This document shows, piece after piece, positions 16,635 through 26,003 of a stretch of DNA of 47,049 nucleotides. The notes beneath the pieces were generated by a model. It did no database searches. It saw only the letters and a list, made by a program, of their open reading frames with translations, and was not told where the DNA came from. Position numbers and translations under genes: made by a program. Positions within the stretch are counted from its first letter, which is position 1; each line of letters opens with the position of its first letter. This stretch comes from a virus, in the IMG/VR virus record IMGVR_UViG_3300048134_000195, positions 1 to 47,049 of that record; one strand, 5' to 3'.

Positions 16635-17063
16635 ATGACTGAACTCAAGTGGACTCGCGACTCGACGTTCCACGACGGCGGTCGGAACTTCCGAGCTCGC
16701 GGCCCCGGCGTCTACGACGTCCCCGAGGAGGCAGTCGAGGAGTACCTCGACCACCGCTCCGGCGCGTGGGAACACGTCGACGAAGACGACACCGACACCG
16801 AGCAGTCGGCGAACGATGCTGGCTCCGAGGACTCCAACGCCAGCGACGACGGCGACACCGAGACCACCAGTGAGCCCGAGGGCGAGGGCGGAGCACTTCC
16901 GTTCAACCCCGAGGAGCACACGATTGCAGAGATCGAGGAGCGCATCGCGGACATCGACGACGTCGAGACCGTGCGTGCGCTCAAGAACCTCGAGGAAGAG
17001 CAGCAGGACCGGTCCGGCGCGACCGACGCGTTCGACGACCGCCTGACGGAACTCGAGGAGTAA
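16635..17063 (+). CDS. Acidic hypothetical head-module protein (142 aa)
   Basis: Track ORF, strongly D/E-rich. Confidence 0.5.
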   Translation: MTELKWTRDSTFHDGGRNFRARGPGVYDVPEEAVEEYLDHRSGAWEHVDEDDTDTEQSANDAGSEDSNASDDGDTETTSEPEGEGGALPFNPEEHTIAEIEERIADIDDVETVRALKNLEEEQQDRSGATDAFDDRLTELEE

Positions 17064-17066
17064 CGC

Positions 17067-17453
17067 ATGAACGGGCTCGCCGACGCCGACTCACGGACGT
17101 CCTACGAGGCGGTCACCAGTGGGGGGTTCCACACCGAACTCTCCAAGGGCGAAGTCCGCGAGTACATGGACGACGCGAACATGGAAGTCGACGACCGCCT
17201 GAAGAACCGCGGCCTCTCGGACCGCCGGCTCGCGAAGATCGAACGCGAACTCACCCGTCACTTCATCAAGTTCCTCGTCGACGACGAGCGCCAAGTCCAG
17301 TCCGAGGACATCGGCCCGGTCTCCTTCGACTACGCTGGCGCGCTCTCAGCGGAGGGCTTGAAAGCGACGACGCACGGCCAGCAAGCAGTCGAGTACGACA
17401 CGACCGACACGCTCGGCCCCGACGGCGGGGACTTCTGGTCGGTGACCGCATGA
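17067..17453 (+). CDS. Head-tail connector/adaptor candidate (128 aa)
   Basis: Track ORF. Called by position only. Confidence 0.45.
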   Translation: MNGLADADSRTSYEAVTSGGFHTELSKGEVREYMDDANMEVDDRLKNRGLSDRRLAKIERELTRHFIKFLVDDERQVQSEDIGPVSFDYAGALSAEGLKATTHGQQAVEYDTTDTLGPDGGDFWSVTA

Positions 17454-17833
17454 GCGCGTTCGCTGCTCGCCGGGCGCTCCGCCGCGCCGGCGTCGACGTC
17501 GAGCTCCACAACTTCGAGCAAGCGGCCGAAGACGACTCCCGGGGAGCGCCCTGGACGCAGACCGCTGGCTCACCCCACTCGATTCTCGCAATTCCGGACC
17601 CCGGCGGGAAGTCAATCTCCTACGGGACGTTCGGCGTCGAGGTCGATGCCGACCAAGTGTACCTCGTCGACGCCAGCCTCGTCGGTGACGGCCTTCGCGA
17701 TGGCGGCGGTGAAGGTGCCTCGGTCATCGTCCAGGACGGAGCGTCGTACCGCGTCATCGATGCGGATCGCTCCCAGGGCCACGGCTTCGCTGTCCTCGAA
17801 TGCGAACGTGACGAGGAGGCTACCCTGTCATGA
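17450..17833 (+). CDS. Head closure / head-tail joining candidate (127 aa)
   Basis: Track ORF with ATGA overlap. Called by position only. Confidence 0.45.
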   Translation: MSAFAARRALRRAGVDVELHNFEQAAEDDSRGAPWTQTAGSPHSILAIPDPGGKSISYGTFGVEVDADQVYLVDASLVGDGLRDGGGEGASVIVQDGASYRVIDADRSQGHGFAVLECERDEEATLS

Positions 17834-18114
17834 TCGAGAACTACGAAGATCTGAACCGAGACCAGACTGTCGACGCCGTCGCCCAGTTCAGCGGCGAGCG
17901 CCTCGCCGCGTTCATCGAGTACGAGCGCGAGCACAAGAACCGGAAGACGGTCATCGAGCCGCTCGAACGCCAGCTGCTCGACGTCCGGCCAGCCGATGGC
18001 CGGCAAGCCGTCGCTGGTGTCTGGTGGGACGACCCGACCAATCCCCAGACAGTGCGGCGGACGCGGCGTGTCGAGCAAGCCATCGACGCTGGTGAACTCG
18101 AGGTCGTCCGCTGA
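17830..18114 (+). CDS. Hypothetical neck-module protein (94 aa)
   Basis: Track ORF with ATGA overlap. Confidence 0.45.
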   Translation: MIENYEDLNRDQTVDAVAQFSGERLAAFIEYEREHKNRKTVIEPLERQLLDVRPADGRQAVAGVWWDDPTNPQTVRRTRRVEQAIDAGELEVVR

Positions 18115-18548
18115 TGGAGGACGAGAACAACTTCGATGAGGCCCGAGAGGCCGTCCAGGACGGGCTGGAAGAGGGGCTCGTTGAGCTGCACACGGACACG
18201 CTCAACACACTCGACAAGAACATGCGGCAGGGTAAAGACGCGCTCGGGAACTCGTGGGCGCCCCTCGAAGCATCGACTGTGGCGTCGAAAGGCCACAGTA
18301 CGCCCTTGATCGAGACGTCGACGCTGCGGAGCGACCTGCAGGCGACGTCGCAGGTCTACCCGTCGCGTCTAACTGCCGTTATCGGCTCCACGCTGGACTA
18401 CCTCGTCCACCACGAATTCGGCGCGCCAGCGGCCGGCATCCCGCCGCGGCCGATTCTCGCACCGGCAGCGCGCTACGCTGAAAAGCGTGCTCCCGACGTC
18501 ATCGGCAGCGAGATCGACGCACGCCTCGACCAGGCGGAGGTCGACTGA
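18114..18548 (+). CDS. HK97 gp10 / Mu G-like virion morphogenesis (tail completion) protein (144 aa)
   Basis: Track ORF. Pattern GNSWAPLEASTV..PLIETSTLRSDLQ..VIGSTLDYLVHHEFG..GIPPRPIL. Confidence 0.65.
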   Translation: MEDENNFDEAREAVQDGLEEGLVELHTDTLNTLDKNMRQGKDALGNSWAPLEASTVASKGHSTPLIETSTLRSDLQATSQVYPSRLTAVIGSTLDYLVHHEFGAPAAGIPPRPILAPAARYAEKRAPDVIGSEIDARLDQAEVD

Positions 18549-18552
18549 ACTG

Positions 18553-19155
18553 ATGCTCACCACAGCCGAGGAAGATCGCCTCGAGGACCTTCTCCCGCTC
18601 ACCGCGGTCGAGGTCGCGTACGAGGGCGCCGCCTACCAGTACGACATCGCGCCGTGGTGGTGGGGCGGGGATGCTGTTGGCGATGACGCCAGCACCCCGC
18701 CGGCGTACCCGGCGCTGGCGCTCCAGTTCGAGACGCAGAACCAGCCCGAGACCGCGCGCCAGCCGGCGAACGACCTGCAGTCCATCGACAACCCAGCCAA
18801 CGAGCCCGGGTTGACCGAGACACACGTGGAGGAGGTGAGCGACGACCTCTCGATGATGGTCGTCGTCGAGACCACCCACGACGAGAACGGCGTACCGCCC
18901 CAGGTCCGATGCTCGCAACTCACGCGACAGCTGTGGCGGTTCGTCCAGTTCGACCTCGATGACGTCCTGAACACGCCGGGGGAGAACGGTGAGCGACCGA
19001 TGCGGTCAGAGATCACCAGCTCCCCAACGCCGACGCGCGTCCAGCGCACGCTGCAGGCCGAGTGGTCGGTCCGCCTGCATCACGCCGAGACGCAGGACGT
19101 CGAGGTCGAGACCGCGGCTGGCGCGGAGTACAGTACTGAACAGACCGACAACTGA
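18553..19155 (+). CDS. Tail terminator / neck candidate (200 aa)
   Basis: Internal ATG 18553 of track ORF 18487..19155, 4 nt after the upstream stop. Called by position only. Confidence 0.4.
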   Translation: MLTTAEEDRLEDLLPLTAVEVAYEGAAYQYDIAPWWWGGDAVGDDASTPPAYPALALQFETQNQPETARQPANDLQSIDNPANEPGLTETHVEEVSDDLSMMVVVETTHDENGVPPQVRCSQLTRQLWRFVQFDLDDVLNTPGENGERPMRSEITSSPTPTRVQRTLQAEWSVRLHHAETQDVEVETAAGAEYSTEQTDN

Positions 19156-19174
19156 CCGTTCACAGACACCATAG

Positions 19175-20470
19175 ATGACAGTTTCACCCGTTGAGATTGA
19201 CGTTTCGGCAGAGACCGGAGCGCTCCCCCAGGAGACCTTCACCGACGTCGCCGTCGTCGGCACCGCAACCGCGGCGCCGGCTGGCGCGGCGTTCGGTGAG
19301 GTCAACCGATACCAGAGTGCTTCTGAAGTAGCAGCCGACTACGGTGACGGCAGCGACGTCCACGTGGCGTCCCAGGCCGTCGAGGAGATGGGCGCGGACG
19401 CGTGGTACGTCCTCGTCCTCGAACAGACCGAGGTCGTCGACGAAGCCGTCGACGACGGTACGACCGTCGCGAACACGCCCATCCACGGCGACGCCGGCGT
19501 CACCGCCGACGCTCGCGACGTCGTCTACTCGACCGAAGACCCCGTCAGCCAACCCGACACTGGAGAAGTCGCAGTGAACACGGCGACCGGCGAGGTCGTC
19601 ACCGACGACGGCACCGCCGCGACGTTGACGTACTCGTACGTCGACTGGAGCGGCCTCGAGGAACTCGAGTACCGTGGAGTGAACCGCGCACACCTCGCGG
19701 ACACGCGCGCTGGCCGCGAGCACATCGGCGACTACGACGAGTTCGTCTCCTGGGCTTCATCGGCCCAGATTGGTGTGCCGCTCGCGATCAAGAACCCGAG
19801 CACGTTCCCTAGCGATGAGGAGGGAATGGCCGTCGCGCATGAGGTCGCCGGCTACGTCCCTGGCGGGAACGTCCTCGGCGTCGTCGCGAAGACGAGCGCC
19901 GACGTCGGCGCAACCATCCTCGGGCAGCTCGCCGTCAACGAAGCGTGGTTCGACCCGTACTTCGACAACGATGGCTACCCGTTCGCCATCGACTCGATTC
20001 CGGGCCGCCTCGTCGGCGACCCGGGGACAACCGGGACGTTCGTCGGCGGTGACGCTGACGGAAACGGCCCGGTGAACGTCGTCATCTCCGTCGACGGCGT
20101 GAACGTGCTCTGGCGGAGCGTGTCGACTGCTGGTGCGGGTAGCTCCTACCAGTACTTCGACGTCCAGATGACGGAGTACTTCGCGGTCTCCGTGATCGAG
20201 AACACGCTGACATCGCTCGAACTCGAGCAGGACCGCATCCCGTTCACCGGCGACGGCCAGTCGATGATCGAGGGCGCGATCGTCGATGCGCTCGCGGACT
20301 ACACGGGCGGCCCGGACGACCCGTTCGCGGAGACGGACATCCACGTGCCCGAGCCCGAGGACCTCTCTGAGGACGACCGCGCGAATCGGAACTGGACGGG
20401 CATCAAGCTCGACTATCGGCTCACCGGGAGCGCGCAGACGTTCAGCGTCGAGATGACGCTGAGCGCCTAA
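19175..20470 (+). CDS. Contractile tail sheath protein (431 aa)
   Basis: Track ORF. Size and order: sheath, tube, chaperone, tape measure. Confidence 0.7.
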   Translation: MTVSPVEIDVSAETGALPQETFTDVAVVGTATAAPAGAAFGEVNRYQSASEVAADYGDGSDVHVASQAVEEMGADAWYVLVLEQTEVVDEAVDDGTTVANTPIHGDAGVTADARDVVYSTEDPVSQPDTGEVAVNTATGEVVTDDGTAATLTYSYVDWSGLEELEYRGVNRAHLADTRAGREHIGDYDEFVSWASSAQIGVPLAIKNPSTFPSDEEGMAVAHEVAGYVPGGNVLGVVAKTSADVGATILGQLAVNEAWFDPYFDNDGYPFAIDSIPGRLVGDPGTTGTFVGGDADGNGPVNVVISVDGVNVLWRSVSTAGAGSSYQYFDVQMTEYFAVSVIENTLTSLELEQDRIPFTGDGQSMIEGAIVDALADYTGGPDDPFAETDIHVPEPEDLSEDDRANRNWTGIKLDYRLTGSAQTFSVEMTLSA

Positions 20471-20502
20471 CACCACACCACGCAGGACTCCTTCCCGCAT
20501 TC

Positions 20503-20898
20503 ATGCCTCAGTACGACAAGGACGAGGTTACGATCCTCGTCGACGGCGAACGAGTTGCACAGCTGAAGAACTTCGACCCGCCCGAGGAGAGCTACAGTCG
20601 GAGCTACGACGACACCGTCGGCGACGACGACAACGTCCTCCTCAACAGCACCGACCCCGAGCTCGAAGGCGAGCTCGAAGTCTCCCCGACCTCCAGCACC
20701 ATCCCGTCGATCAATGCGCTGTTGAAGAGCGGCGAGCAGGTGCCGATTACGGTCCGGTTCCCGTCGGGCGACGTCCGGCAGAACGAGACGTACACCGGCG
20801 TGGTGTTCACGGACAAGTCGTTCGCGAACAGCTTCGACGACGACCCCGAGTCGCCGCCGAACCGCACGTACACGTTCATCGCCGACGACATCCAGTAA
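20503..20898 (+). CDS. Tail tube protein (131 aa)
   Basis: Track ORF. Size and position. Confidence 0.65.
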   Translation: MPQYDKDEVTILVDGERVAQLKNFDPPEESYSRSYDDTVGDDDNVLLNSTDPELEGELEVSPTSSTIPSINALLKSGEQVPITVRFPSGDVRQNETYTGVVFTDKSFANSFDDDPESPPNRTYTFIADDIQ

Positions 20899-20901
20899 CC
20901 C

Positions 20902-21249
20902 ATGCCCGAGGACATCGACATCCAAGACCTCGAAGAGCAGGACTGGACGCTCGGCGGCGACGACCACCAGGAAGTCATCGAGTTCGGCGGCATGGAGTTC
21001 CTCGTCCAGGACCCCGACGACGATGACGTCCTGAACATGATGGCTGGCGGCGGTGGCGGCGAGCCATCCCAGCGCATGTTCGAGCTCGTACAGTCCGCAA
21101 TCGTCGCACCCGAGATGACGCTCGAACGCTGGCAGGACATGCGGACAGCCCAACGCGTCGGGCTCGCGATGCGCGTCTCGGAAGCAATCGGGCTGAACGA
21201 CATGATGGATTTTCCCGACGATGGAGCCAGTCTGCCGACGGAAAGCTGA
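20902..21249 (+). CDS. Tail assembly chaperone, short form (115 aa)
   Basis: Track ORF, acidic, immediately upstream of the tape measure gene. Confidence 0.6.
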   Translation: MPEDIDIQDLEEQDWTLGGDDHQEVIEFGGMEFLVQDPDDDDVLNMMAGGGGGEPSQRMFELVQSAIVAPEMTLERWQDMRTAQRVGLAMRVSEAIGLNDMMDFPDDGASLPTES

Positions 21250-21425
21250 CCACGAAGATTCACAAGGTCACCGGCGAGCCGCTTGAAGACGTCGCGCGGT
21301 GGCCGTGGCAGAAGAAGGTGTTCTACGGCGAAGCCTACGCCGCCCTCGAGGAAGACAAGGACGAAGCGGCACCCGACCTCGACGAACTCCTCGACCAGAT
21401 CGACCAACCGACTCCCTCGCACTAA
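21210..21425 (+). CDS. -1 frame extension of the chaperone (G-T type fusion), with no ATG of its own
   Basis: The -1 frame is open across the stop of 20902..21249. It reads ..TTKIHKVTGEPLEDVARWPWQKKVFYGEAYAALEEDKDEAAPDLDELLDQIDQPTPSH* and ends at TAA 21423-21425, 3 nt before the tape measure ATG. Confidence 0.5.
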   Translation, partial: FSRRWSQSADGKLTTKIHKVTGEPLEDVARWPWQKKVFYGEAYAALEEDKDEAAPDLDELLDQIDQPTPSH

Positions 21426-21428
21426 CCC

Positions 21429-23969
21429 ATGTTTACCGGAAACGTCCGACGTATCGCCACCGTCCTCACGGCTGAGGACAACGCCAGCGGTACGCTCGAC
21501 GATGTCGAACAGCAAGGCGATCAAGCGTCGGACTCGATGAACAACGCCGAGGAGAGCGCGCTCTCCCTCGGGGAAGCCCTCGGCGTCTCTGCCGGTGCAA
21601 CGGCCGCGCTCGCCGGGTCGCTCGCGATGCTCACCCAGCAGCACGGCCGGACCGAACAGACGTTCGCCCGGCTGCAGACCGTCGCCGGCGCGACCGACGA
21701 GCAGATGGAGAAGATGCAGTCCACGGCCATGCAGATCGGGATCGACCTCCCGATCTCCATGCGGCAGGCCGCGAGTGCGATGGAGCAACTGTCGTTCGCC
21801 GGCTACGAAGCCCAGGAGGTCGTCTCCGCCGTCGCCGGCGTCGCCGACATCGCCGTGGCGTCCAGCCTCAACATGGGGCAGGCCGCGCGCACAACCGCGT
21901 CCGCGCTCCGGATGTTCGGCCTAGAAGCCGAGCAAACCGGCACGGTGACGTCCGCGATGGCCGCGACATTCTCGAACAGCGCCACGACAATCAACGAGAT
22001 CAGTAAGGCCCTCGAGTACGTCGGCTCGACCGCGTCAACAGCGGGCATCTCCCTCCAGGAGGTCGCCGCTGCTGTCGGTGTGCTCTCCGACCGCGGGATT
22101 CGCGCCTCACGCGCCGGTACCGCGCTGAACATGACCCTCCAGCGCATCATCTCCGGGTCTGGACAGGCGTCCAGCGCGCTCTCACAGATCGGCGTGTCCA
22201 TGGACGACCTCACGAACAAGCAGGGCCAACTCCGCGACCTCGCCGCCGTCCTCGGCACGCTCCAGTCGGGGATGAGCGAGCTGGAGAGCAACACCGAACG
22301 AATGCGTGTCGCGACCGAGCTTGCCGGGACGGAGGGCGCGCGCGCACTCCTCCCGCTGCTGGACTCCGCCGACGAGCTCAACGAGAAGCTCGGCGACACC
22401 TTCCGCTCGGAAATCAAGACGTCCATCGGTGAGCTTTCCCAGCTGAGTGGCGAGGAACTCCAGGGCGTGTCCGACTCGCTCGGGTTCGAAGTCGACCAGA
22501 ACATGGGAACGCGAGAGTTGGTGACTGGGCTGCGGGAGCTCAGCGAGCAAGGCGAGAGCACTGAGGAGATTGCTCAACGCCTCCAGGTCGGCCTGAATAT
22601 CTCCGCGGGTGCCGCGAGAGCGTTCGCGAGCGACGTCTCGGACACGAGCACGTCGGTCGAGGCACTCACTGAGGGGATTGGTGGGGCGACAACGGCGGCG
22701 GAGATCGCGGCGTCACAGATGAATACGACCGCGGGGATGGTGCAGTTCATGCGGTCGAGCTTCGACGCGATGACGTACTCGATCTACACCGGTGCTGGCC
22801 CTGCGATCACGTGGTTCAACGGGAAGCTGGCAGCGGGGATCAACGTGATCAACAACAACGAGCAGGCCGCGAAGATGCTCGGCGCAGGCCTCGCCGGCCT
22901 CACTGGCGCGGTTGGCCTCTTGACGCTCGCCCTCGGCGCCGCATGGGTCCAGACCGTCGGCCTTGCTTGGGCTCAGCGGACGCTCCAAGGGTCGTTCATC
23001 GCCTCGATAGCATCGACGTACGCACAAGCCGGTGCGCTCGGAGTGCTCTCAGGAGCAGTCGGAACCGCAACGGCCGCGGTTGGCGCGCTGTGGACCGCGC
23101 TCGGTCCTATCGGCTGGGTGGTCCTCGGCATCACAGCGGCGTTCGCTGGACTGGTCGCACTCTGGAAGACCGACTTCCTCGGCGCCGGCGAGGAAGCAGG
23201 AGCTGTCCTGGGGTTCTTCAGCGAGAAAGCCGGCCAAGCGTGGAACATCCTCACACAACTGGTCGGCATCATCTACGAACTCGGACGCATCGGCGCCATC
23301 CTCACTGGACTGGCGCTTCTCGCTCCCTTCGCCGCGCTCCTGAAACTCCCGGGCGCAATCCAGAAGATCGCGCCACAGGCGAAACAGGCCGCGATGAACA
23401 TCCCCTCGATGATCGTCGACGGCCTCGACAGCCTCGGTCCAGCGAAGTACGCACTCCCCGTCCTCGGACCACTCCTCGCGGCCCACGACATGATCACGAA
23501 CCCCGACCGCTGGATCGACGCCGGCCGCGGGCTCGTCGACGCGTTCGTCTCTGGCATCACCGACCGGGGCGACCTCGTCCCGGACGCCGTCTCCGGCATC
23601 GTGTCCGACGCGCGCGAGTACTTGCCGTTCTCGGACGCGAAGCGCGGCCCGCTCTCGAACCTCTCCGGGTCCGGCGCGGCGCTGGTGCAGACCATCGCGA
23701 GTGGCGTGCAGTCCGAGGACACTACCATCGCGAACGCGCTGACGAACGTGATGTCCGCGACGCCTCTCGGGCAGGCTGCTGGCGCGGTGTCGAATGCAGT
23801 TAGCGGCCAGTCCTCGAGTGGAGGTCAGACGTTCGACGTCACGATTACGAACGATATCACGGTCGAAGGTGGGGATGGTTCGACGGAGAGTTCGGTCGAG
23901 CAGGCGGCTGAGACAGGGACGTCGACGGCGCTGGAGGAGTTCTTCCGGCGGGTCGCGCGAGAAACGTGA
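21429..23969 (+). CDS. Tail tape measure protein (846 aa)
   Basis: Track ORF. Long Ala/Gly/Leu-rich protein with hydrophobic segments, in the canonical position. Confidence 0.85.
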   Translation: MFTGNVRRIATVLTAEDNASGTLDDVEQQGDQASDSMNNAEESALSLGEALGVSAGATAALAGSLAMLTQQHGRTEQTFARLQTVAGATDEQMEKMQSTAMQIGIDLPISMRQAASAMEQLSFAGYEAQEVVSAVAGVADIAVASSLNMGQAARTTASALRMFGLEAEQTGTVTSAMAATFSNSATTINEISKALEYVGSTASTAGISLQEVAAAVGVLSDRGIRASRAGTALNMTLQRIISGSGQASSALSQIGVSMDDLTNKQGQLRDLAAVLGTLQSGMSELESNTERMRVATELAGTEGARALLPLLDSADELNEKLGDTFRSEIKTSIGELSQLSGEELQGVSDSLGFEVDQNMGTRELVTGLRELSEQGESTEEIAQRLQVGLNISAGAARAFASDVSDTSTSVEALTEGIGGATTAAEIAASQMNTTAGMVQFMRSSFDAMTYSIYTGAGPAITWFNGKLAAGINVINNNEQAAKMLGAGLAGLTGAVGLLTLALGAAWVQTVGLAWAQRTLQGSFIASIASTYAQAGALGVLSGAVGTATAAVGALWTALGPIGWVVLGITAAFAGLVALWKTDFLGAGEEAGAVLGFFSEKAGQAWNILTQLVGIIYELGRIGAILTGLALLAPFAALLKLPGAIQKIAPQAKQAAMNIPSMIVDGLDSLGPAKYALPVLGPLLAAHDMITNPDRWIDAGRGLVDAFVSGITDRGDLVPDAVSGIVSDAREYLPFSDAKRGPLSNLSGSGAALVQTIASGVQSEDTTIANALTNVMSATPLGQAAGAVSNAVSGQSSSGGQTFDVTITNDITVEGGDGSTESSVEQAAETGTSTALEEFFRRVARET

Positions 23970-23970
23970 C

Positions 23971-24198
23971 TTACTCGGCCAACTTCTTGAGGAGCTCGTT
24001 CTGTCGCTCCATGAGGTCGTTTTGTGCTTCGAGACGTGCGAGAATTCCTGCCAGTAGTGCGCTCTGCACGCTGGCCTGTGCAGTCTGACTCGCGGACTGC
24101 TCTTTCCCGTACTGAACAGTCACTGTTCCTTCCTCTTGATCAACCTCGATTTGCTCGTGGTTGATCTCCTCGGTGGCCCACTCGTCGAAAAGTCCCAT
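23971..24198 (-). CDS. Antisense-oriented small coiled-coil protein (75 aa) inside the tail module
   Basis: Internal Met of track ORF 23971..24348 (-): MGLFDEWATEEINHEQ..LEAQNDLMERQNELLKKLAE. G+C is visibly lower. An AT-rich promoter-like stretch lies upstream. Confidence 0.55.
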   Translation of the reverse strand: MGLFDEWATEEINHEQIEVDQEEGTVTVQYGKEQSASQTAQASVQSALLAGILARLEAQNDLMERQNELLKKLAE

Positions 24199-24232
24199 AT
24201 CTGCTACGACTCCCACGGATGCAAAAAGAATT
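24199..24232. promoter_or_regulatory. AT-rich divergent promoter region between 23971..24198 (-) and 24233..24784 (+)
   Basis: atctgctacgactcccacggatgcaaaaagaatt. The aaaaagaatt run is about 24-33 nt upstream of the minus-strand ATG. Confidence 0.4.
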
Positions 24233-24784
24233 ATGCCACGCATAGACAGGATCGGCGAGTCGCCGACCGTCGTCACAATCGGTGACCTCGTCCTCCCAAC
24301 GACCACGGCAACGGACAGCGGCGGTTGGAACAGTCCCTCGAAACGCACCGAGGAAGGCTACGATTACGACTCCTACATCCGCCCCGAACCCGTCGAGGTA
24401 TCGCTCGAAGCCTGGGTGCCCGTCGAGGACTACAACAAACTGAAATCACTCCGGCAGAGCGGCGAACCGTTCCCCGCGTCCATCGGCAAGCAAGCGTCCT
24501 TCGCGAAGGCGAAACTCGAAGCGCTCGACGTCGCCAACGAGCAAGGCCAGTCCTCGCACTACAAGGTCTCACTCACGATCAGGGAGCTCCGCGAAGCCAG
24601 CATCGAGACCGCGGAGATCTCCATCGAGACCGAGTCCGGGTCCTCGATGGGGTCATCCGCCACCACAAGCGAACCCTCGGTCGCCCAGTCTGAGGAGAGC
24701 GACGGCGGCCAGGTTGAGGACGAAACCGGTGGCATCGCCGGGACGCTCGCGGGCATCCGGCAGTCCCTCTCGGGGGTCCTCTAA
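24233..24784 (+). CDS. Post-tape-measure tail/baseplate protein (183 aa)
   Basis: Internal ATG 24233 of track ORF 24161..24784. Called by position. Confidence 0.55.
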   Translation: MPRIDRIGESPTVVTIGDLVLPTTTATDSGGWNSPSKRTEEGYDYDSYIRPEPVEVSLEAWVPVEDYNKLKSLRQSGEPFPASIGKQASFAKAKLEALDVANEQGQSSHYKVSLTIRELREASIETAEISIETESGSSMGSSATTSEPSVAQSEESDGGQVEDETGGIAGTLAGIRQSLSGVL

Positions 24785-24786
24785 CC

Positions 24787-25125
24787 ATGGAGCAAATTCC
24801 GCTCCCCGTGGACCGAGCGCGAGCGAAGCGCCCGATCCACGTCGAGTTCACGCCGTCGTCGTTCCCCGGCCAGCGCTTCGCCGTTCGCTTCAACTGGAAC
24901 TCCATCTCCGGCCACTGGACAATCGAAATCGAACACCTCCGCCGCAACTTCACAGTCACAAAGTCGATGGCAACGCCGTACCGCCCGTACTCATACCTCC
25001 CATACCTCGTGTTCGTGCTCGCGGACACCGCCGGCGAAGTCACCAAAGTGACGCCAACGAACCTGGGGGACGAAGTGAAACTCTGGGTGCTCCCCGGCCC
25101 CTCGGGCCAACAGGAGGACGAGTAG
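24787..25125 (+). CDS. Hypothetical tail/baseplate protein (112 aa)
   Basis: Track ORF. Confidence 0.5.
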   Translation: MEQIPLPVDRARAKRPIHVEFTPSSFPGQRFAVRFNWNSISGHWTIEIEHLRRNFTVTKSMATPYRPYSYLPYLVFVLADTAGEVTKVTPTNLGDEVKLWVLPGPSGQQEDE

Positions 25126-25968
25126 ATGGTCTGGGGGCAGCATCGAAGCGTCGACGCCGGCGCGGTCACCCTCGACGGCCTCGACCTCGACATCACGGTA
25201 CGCAAGCCGAAAGACGACCCGCTGGAGTTCTCGATCACCACGTGGAATCTCACCGAGGAGAGCTGGCAGCGTATCAGCGACGGCGACCTCTGCCGCATCG
25301 AACTCGGCTGGACCGACGGCCCGACCGAGACCGTCATCATCGGCGAGATCGACACACGCGACCGGTCCGCCGACCGCGGCGACATCTCCTACAAGCTTGC
25401 TGGCGTCGACCAGACGGAAGCCGTGACGAAGGCGAAGCCGTACGACTCCTGGGGGCAGAAAGCGTGGCTGAACAAACGCCCCGACCAGATCGTCGATGCG
25501 ATGGCGAGCGAAGTCGGCCTTTCCGTCCAGACAACGCGGGCTGGCAGCCCGATTCAGGGCATGTGGTCGATATCGCCCGACAAGACCCTCAGCGGGAACC
25601 TCGACGACCTCCTCCAAATCGCCGCGGAGAAGACCGACGTCGAGTGGGAGTGGTTCGCCGGCCGCGGCCAGATCTACTTCCTCCCACGCAACCAGGGCAC
25701 GCAGGACGCGCCCGAGTTGAGCTACGACGGGCTCCTCCTCTCACTGGGCGCGAAATCGGATACGAGCGACGACACCGAGGGCCAGCTGAAGTTCGAGGCG
25801 ATGCTCGAGCCACGCATCGCGAAGGGCGCAACCGTGTACGTCAACACGAACTCCTACAAGGGCCCGTACCGCGTCAGCGACTACGAATTCAAGTCCTCGA
25901 CGGACTCCGGTGACCACCTCGTCCGCGGCACACTCACGCCGATCGACGCGGACTACTCCGTCGAATAA
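25126..25968 (+). CDS. Baseplate hub-like protein (gpD / XkdQ-like, 280 aa)
   Basis: Track ORF. Size and position upstream of the V-like spike gene. Confidence 0.5.
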   Translation: MVWGQHRSVDAGAVTLDGLDLDITVRKPKDDPLEFSITTWNLTEESWQRISDGDLCRIELGWTDGPTETVIIGEIDTRDRSADRGDISYKLAGVDQTEAVTKAKPYDSWGQKAWLNKRPDQIVDAMASEVGLSVQTTRAGSPIQGMWSISPDKTLSGNLDDLLQIAAEKTDVEWEWFAGRGQIYFLPRNQGTQDAPELSYDGLLLSLGAKSDTSDDTEGQLKFEAMLEPRIAKGATVYVNTNSYKGPYRVSDYEFKSSTDSGDHLVRGTLTPIDADYSVE

Positions 25969-26003
25969 CCCGCCAGCCAACCGCGGCCAGCCTGCTTCTG
26001 AGC

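Noticed and set aside
21283-21540. 85-aa ORF (MKTSRGGRGRRR...) as the second gene between chaperone and tape measure.
   Set aside because: Its Arg/Thr/Ser-rich composition is unlike the proteome. It overlaps the tape measure start in another frame. The -1 frame relative to the chaperone gives a far more protein-like sequence.
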